A stretch of DNA of 64,000 bases, taken from positions 928,001 to 992,000 of the forward strand of contig CAVTRN010000002.1 of the NCBI GenBank assembly GCA_963737155.1. The letters are read 5' to 3'. The notes beneath the pieces were generated by a model. The model saw only the letters and a list, made by a program, of their open reading frames with translations, ran no database searches and was not told where the DNA came from. Positions 62,039 to 64,000 of this stretch are shown here, one piece after another. How positions within the stretch are numbered: position 1 is the first letter of the stretch; each line of letters opens with the position of its first letter. This DNA comes from Nitrospirota bacterium. Its GTDB lineage: Bacteria > Nitrospirota > UBA9217. The translations under genes were made by a program, and so were the position numbers.

Positions 62039-63157
62039 ATGGCGGACAAGGAAAAGTTAAAGGCGCTGGAGTTGGCCGTTAGCCAAATTGAAAAACAGTT
62101 CGGCAAGGGGTCCATCATGAGGCTGGGCCGGGAGGAGGTCCCTGCGGGAATCCCGGCGATTTCCACCGGCTCTCTGGGACTGGACATCGCCTTGGGTGTA
62201 GGCGGCGTACCGCGCGGCAGGATCATTGAAGTCTACGGGCCTGAATCATCGGGAAAGACGACGCTGACGCTCCACGTCATTGCCGAGGCGCAGAAAGCCG
62301 GCGGCCAGGCGGCCTTTATCGATGCCGAGCATGCGCTCGATGTGACATATGCGCGCAAACTCGGTGTGCGGACCGACGATCTGCTAATATCCCAGCCTGA
62401 TACCGGCGAACAGGCGCTTGAAATCACCGAGACGCTGGTGCGGAGCGGCGCCATCGATGTCATTGTTGTCGACTCCGTTGCGGCGCTTACGCCACGGGCC
62501 GAGATCGAGGGCGAGATGGGTGACGCGCACATGGGGCTTCAGGCACGGCTCATGAGCCAGGCACTCCGGAAGCTCACTGGCGCCATTAGCAAGTCCAATA
62601 CCACGCTTATATTCATCAACCAGATCCGCATGAAGATTGGCGTGATGTTCGGGAACCCCGAGACGACCACGGGCGGGAATGCCCTCAAGTTCTACGCATC
62701 GGTGAGACTCGATATCCGCAAGATCTCCGCCGTCAAGGAAGGCGACGACGTGACCGGTGGCAGGGTGAAGGTGAAGGTCGTGAAAAACAAGATCGCTCCG
62801 CCGTTCCGTTCCGCCGAATTTGATATAATGTTCAACGAAGGCATCTCCAAGCTCGGAGAGATCATCGATATCGGCGTTGAGAAAAATATTATCGAGAAGA
62901 GCGGGGCCTGGTTTTCCTACTCGGGGACGAGGATCGGCCAGGGCCGTGAGAACGTGAAGCAGTTCCTGCACGACCACGCGGACATGGCCGCGGAGATTGA
63001 AGCCAAGGTGCGCCAGGCAAATGGACTTCCGGGCACGGCTGCTCCCTCGGTCGCCGTCGATGAGGCGGCGAAGGAAAAAGAGAAGGAGGCCTCTGTTGTG
63101 GAGCGGCCTACAAAATCGACGAAGGGACAAAAAAGCGAAAAACATCTGGAGGCTTAG
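62039..63157 (+). CDS. recA: Recombinase RecA
   Basis: [35 protein letters not shown]. Confidence 0.99.
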   Translation: MADKEKLKALELAVSQIEKQFGKGSIMRLGREEVPAGIPAISTGSLGLDIALGVGGVPRGRIIEVYGPESSGKTTLTLHVIAEAQKAGGQAAFIDAEHALDVTYARKLGVRTDDLLISQPDTGEQALEITETLVRSGAIDVIVVDSVAALTPRAEIEGEMGDAHMGLQARLMSQALRKLTGAISKSNTTLIFINQIRMKIGVMFGNPETTTGGNALKFYASVRLDIRKISAVKEGDDVTGGRVKVKVVKNKIAPPFRSAEFDIMFNEGISKLGEIIDIGVEKNIIEKSGAWFSYSGTRIGQGRENVKQFLHDHADMAAEIEAKVRQANGLPGTAAPSVAVDEAAKEKEKEASVVERPTKSTKGQKSEKHLEA

Positions 63158-63203
63158 GTGAACTGCCCCGACCTTAGGGCCGGGGCCTGGGCACTGGTTA
63201 TAT

Positions 63204-64000
63204 ATGAATTTAAACGAACTGCTCAAGGTAACTTTTGAAAAAAAGGCTTCGGATCTGCATGTGAAGGTGGGGGTTCCGCCTATCCTGCGCATTGACGGCA
63301 GGCTCGTGCCGCTCGAAACGGAGAAGAGGACGACCCAGGAAGATGCGCTGAATGTCGCGCTCAGCATCATGAATGCTTCACAACGGGCCAGGTTCAAGGA
63401 AAAGAACGAGCTCGACATGGCCTATGTCGTGCCGGGGCTCGGCCGGTTTCGTGTGAGTATGTTCCAGCAGCGCGGGAGCGTTGGCATGGTTTTCCGGCAG
63501 GTCCCCTCCAAGATCGTGAACTTTGAGGATTTGATGATGCCGGTTGTGCTTCAGAAAATAGCCGGCGAGCAGCGCGGTCTCATCCTCGTTACCGGCACGA
63601 CGGGAAGCGGCAAGTCGACGACCCTTGCAGCGATGATCGATTACATCAACACCTCACGTACAGCGAATATCATCACAATCGAGGACCCGATAGAGTTTCT
63701 ACACCGGGACAAAAGGAGCATCGTGAACCAGCGGGAGATAGGCTCCGACACCTTCAGCTTCAGCGAAGCGCTCAGGAGCTCCCTACGCCAGGATCCGGAC
63801 GTCATTCTCGTGGGCGAAATGCGCGACTTCGAGACGATTTCAACGGCGCTCACTGCGGCGGAAACGGGGCACCTGGTTCTCTCCACGCTCCATACGCTGG
63901 ACGCGGCGGAAACGGTCAACCGCATCATCAACGTGTTCCCGCCCTATCAGCACAGGCAGGTGCGGATGCAACTCGCATCGGTGATCAAGGGCATCATATC
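63204..64000 (+). CDS. pilT: PilT/PilU-family type IV pilus retraction ATPase (3'-truncated by the window edge)
   Basis: Translated by hand: ASDLH, LILVTGTTGSGKST, TIEDPIE, LRQDPDVILVGEMRD, STLHT. Confidence 0.92.
   Translation, partial: MNLNELLKVTFEKKASDLHVKVGVPPILRIDGRLVPLETEKRTTQEDALNVALSIMNASQRARFKEKNELDMAYVVPGLGRFRVSMFQQRGSVGMVFRQVPSKIVNFEDLMMPVVLQKIAGEQRGLILVTGTTGSGKSTTLAAMIDYINTSRTANIITIEDPIEFLHRDKRSIVNQREIGSDTFSFSEALRSSLRQDPDVILVGEMRDFETISTALTAAETGHLVLSTLHTLDAAETVNRIINVFPPYQHRQVRMQLASVIKGII

Noticed and set aside
60446-63418. Long antisense ORFs (276 aa and 344 aa) and similar shadows across the window
   Set aside because: They lie opposite well-supported genes (cinA, recA) and are explained by GC-rich codon bias.
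1-64000. tRNA, rRNA and CRISPR arrays
   Set aside because: None was recognised by eye; a tRNAscan or Rfam run would be needed to exclude small RNAs.

Overview
A 64-kb window from an anaerobic or microaerophilic Gram-negative bacterium. Gene content suggests Nitrospirota or Desulfobacterota (inference). (1) A heme-containing sensor kinase and a sigma54 activator are split exactly at their stop/start junction by an intact IscB-omegaRNA element (2663-4252), and the activator carries a frameshift that removes its HTH. (2) A ~23-kb extracellular electron transfer island (10360-32788) encodes an OmcE-like tetraheme nanowire-type cytochrome, two more OmcE-related multiheme proteins, a 1091-aa Cys-rich octaheme, NHL propellers, SurA-like lipoproteins, beta-barrels, a CFI-box-CTERM protein and HAMP-only membrane proteins. 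It holds about 55 heme motifs and has sigma54 promoters. (3) Two unusual signalling operons follow: HK / REC-TPR-HEPN-like / degenerate MotB-like, and DGC / ATPase-RsbW fusion / STAS / HD-GYP. (4) The right part holds a B12 radical SAM gene, cydAB, an orphan GroES with a histone-like tail, and pgpA-kinase-[vapBC]-STAS/wHTH-cinA-thpR-recA-pilT. No rRNA, tRNA or CRISPR array was seen. All calls come from reading motifs; no searches were run.
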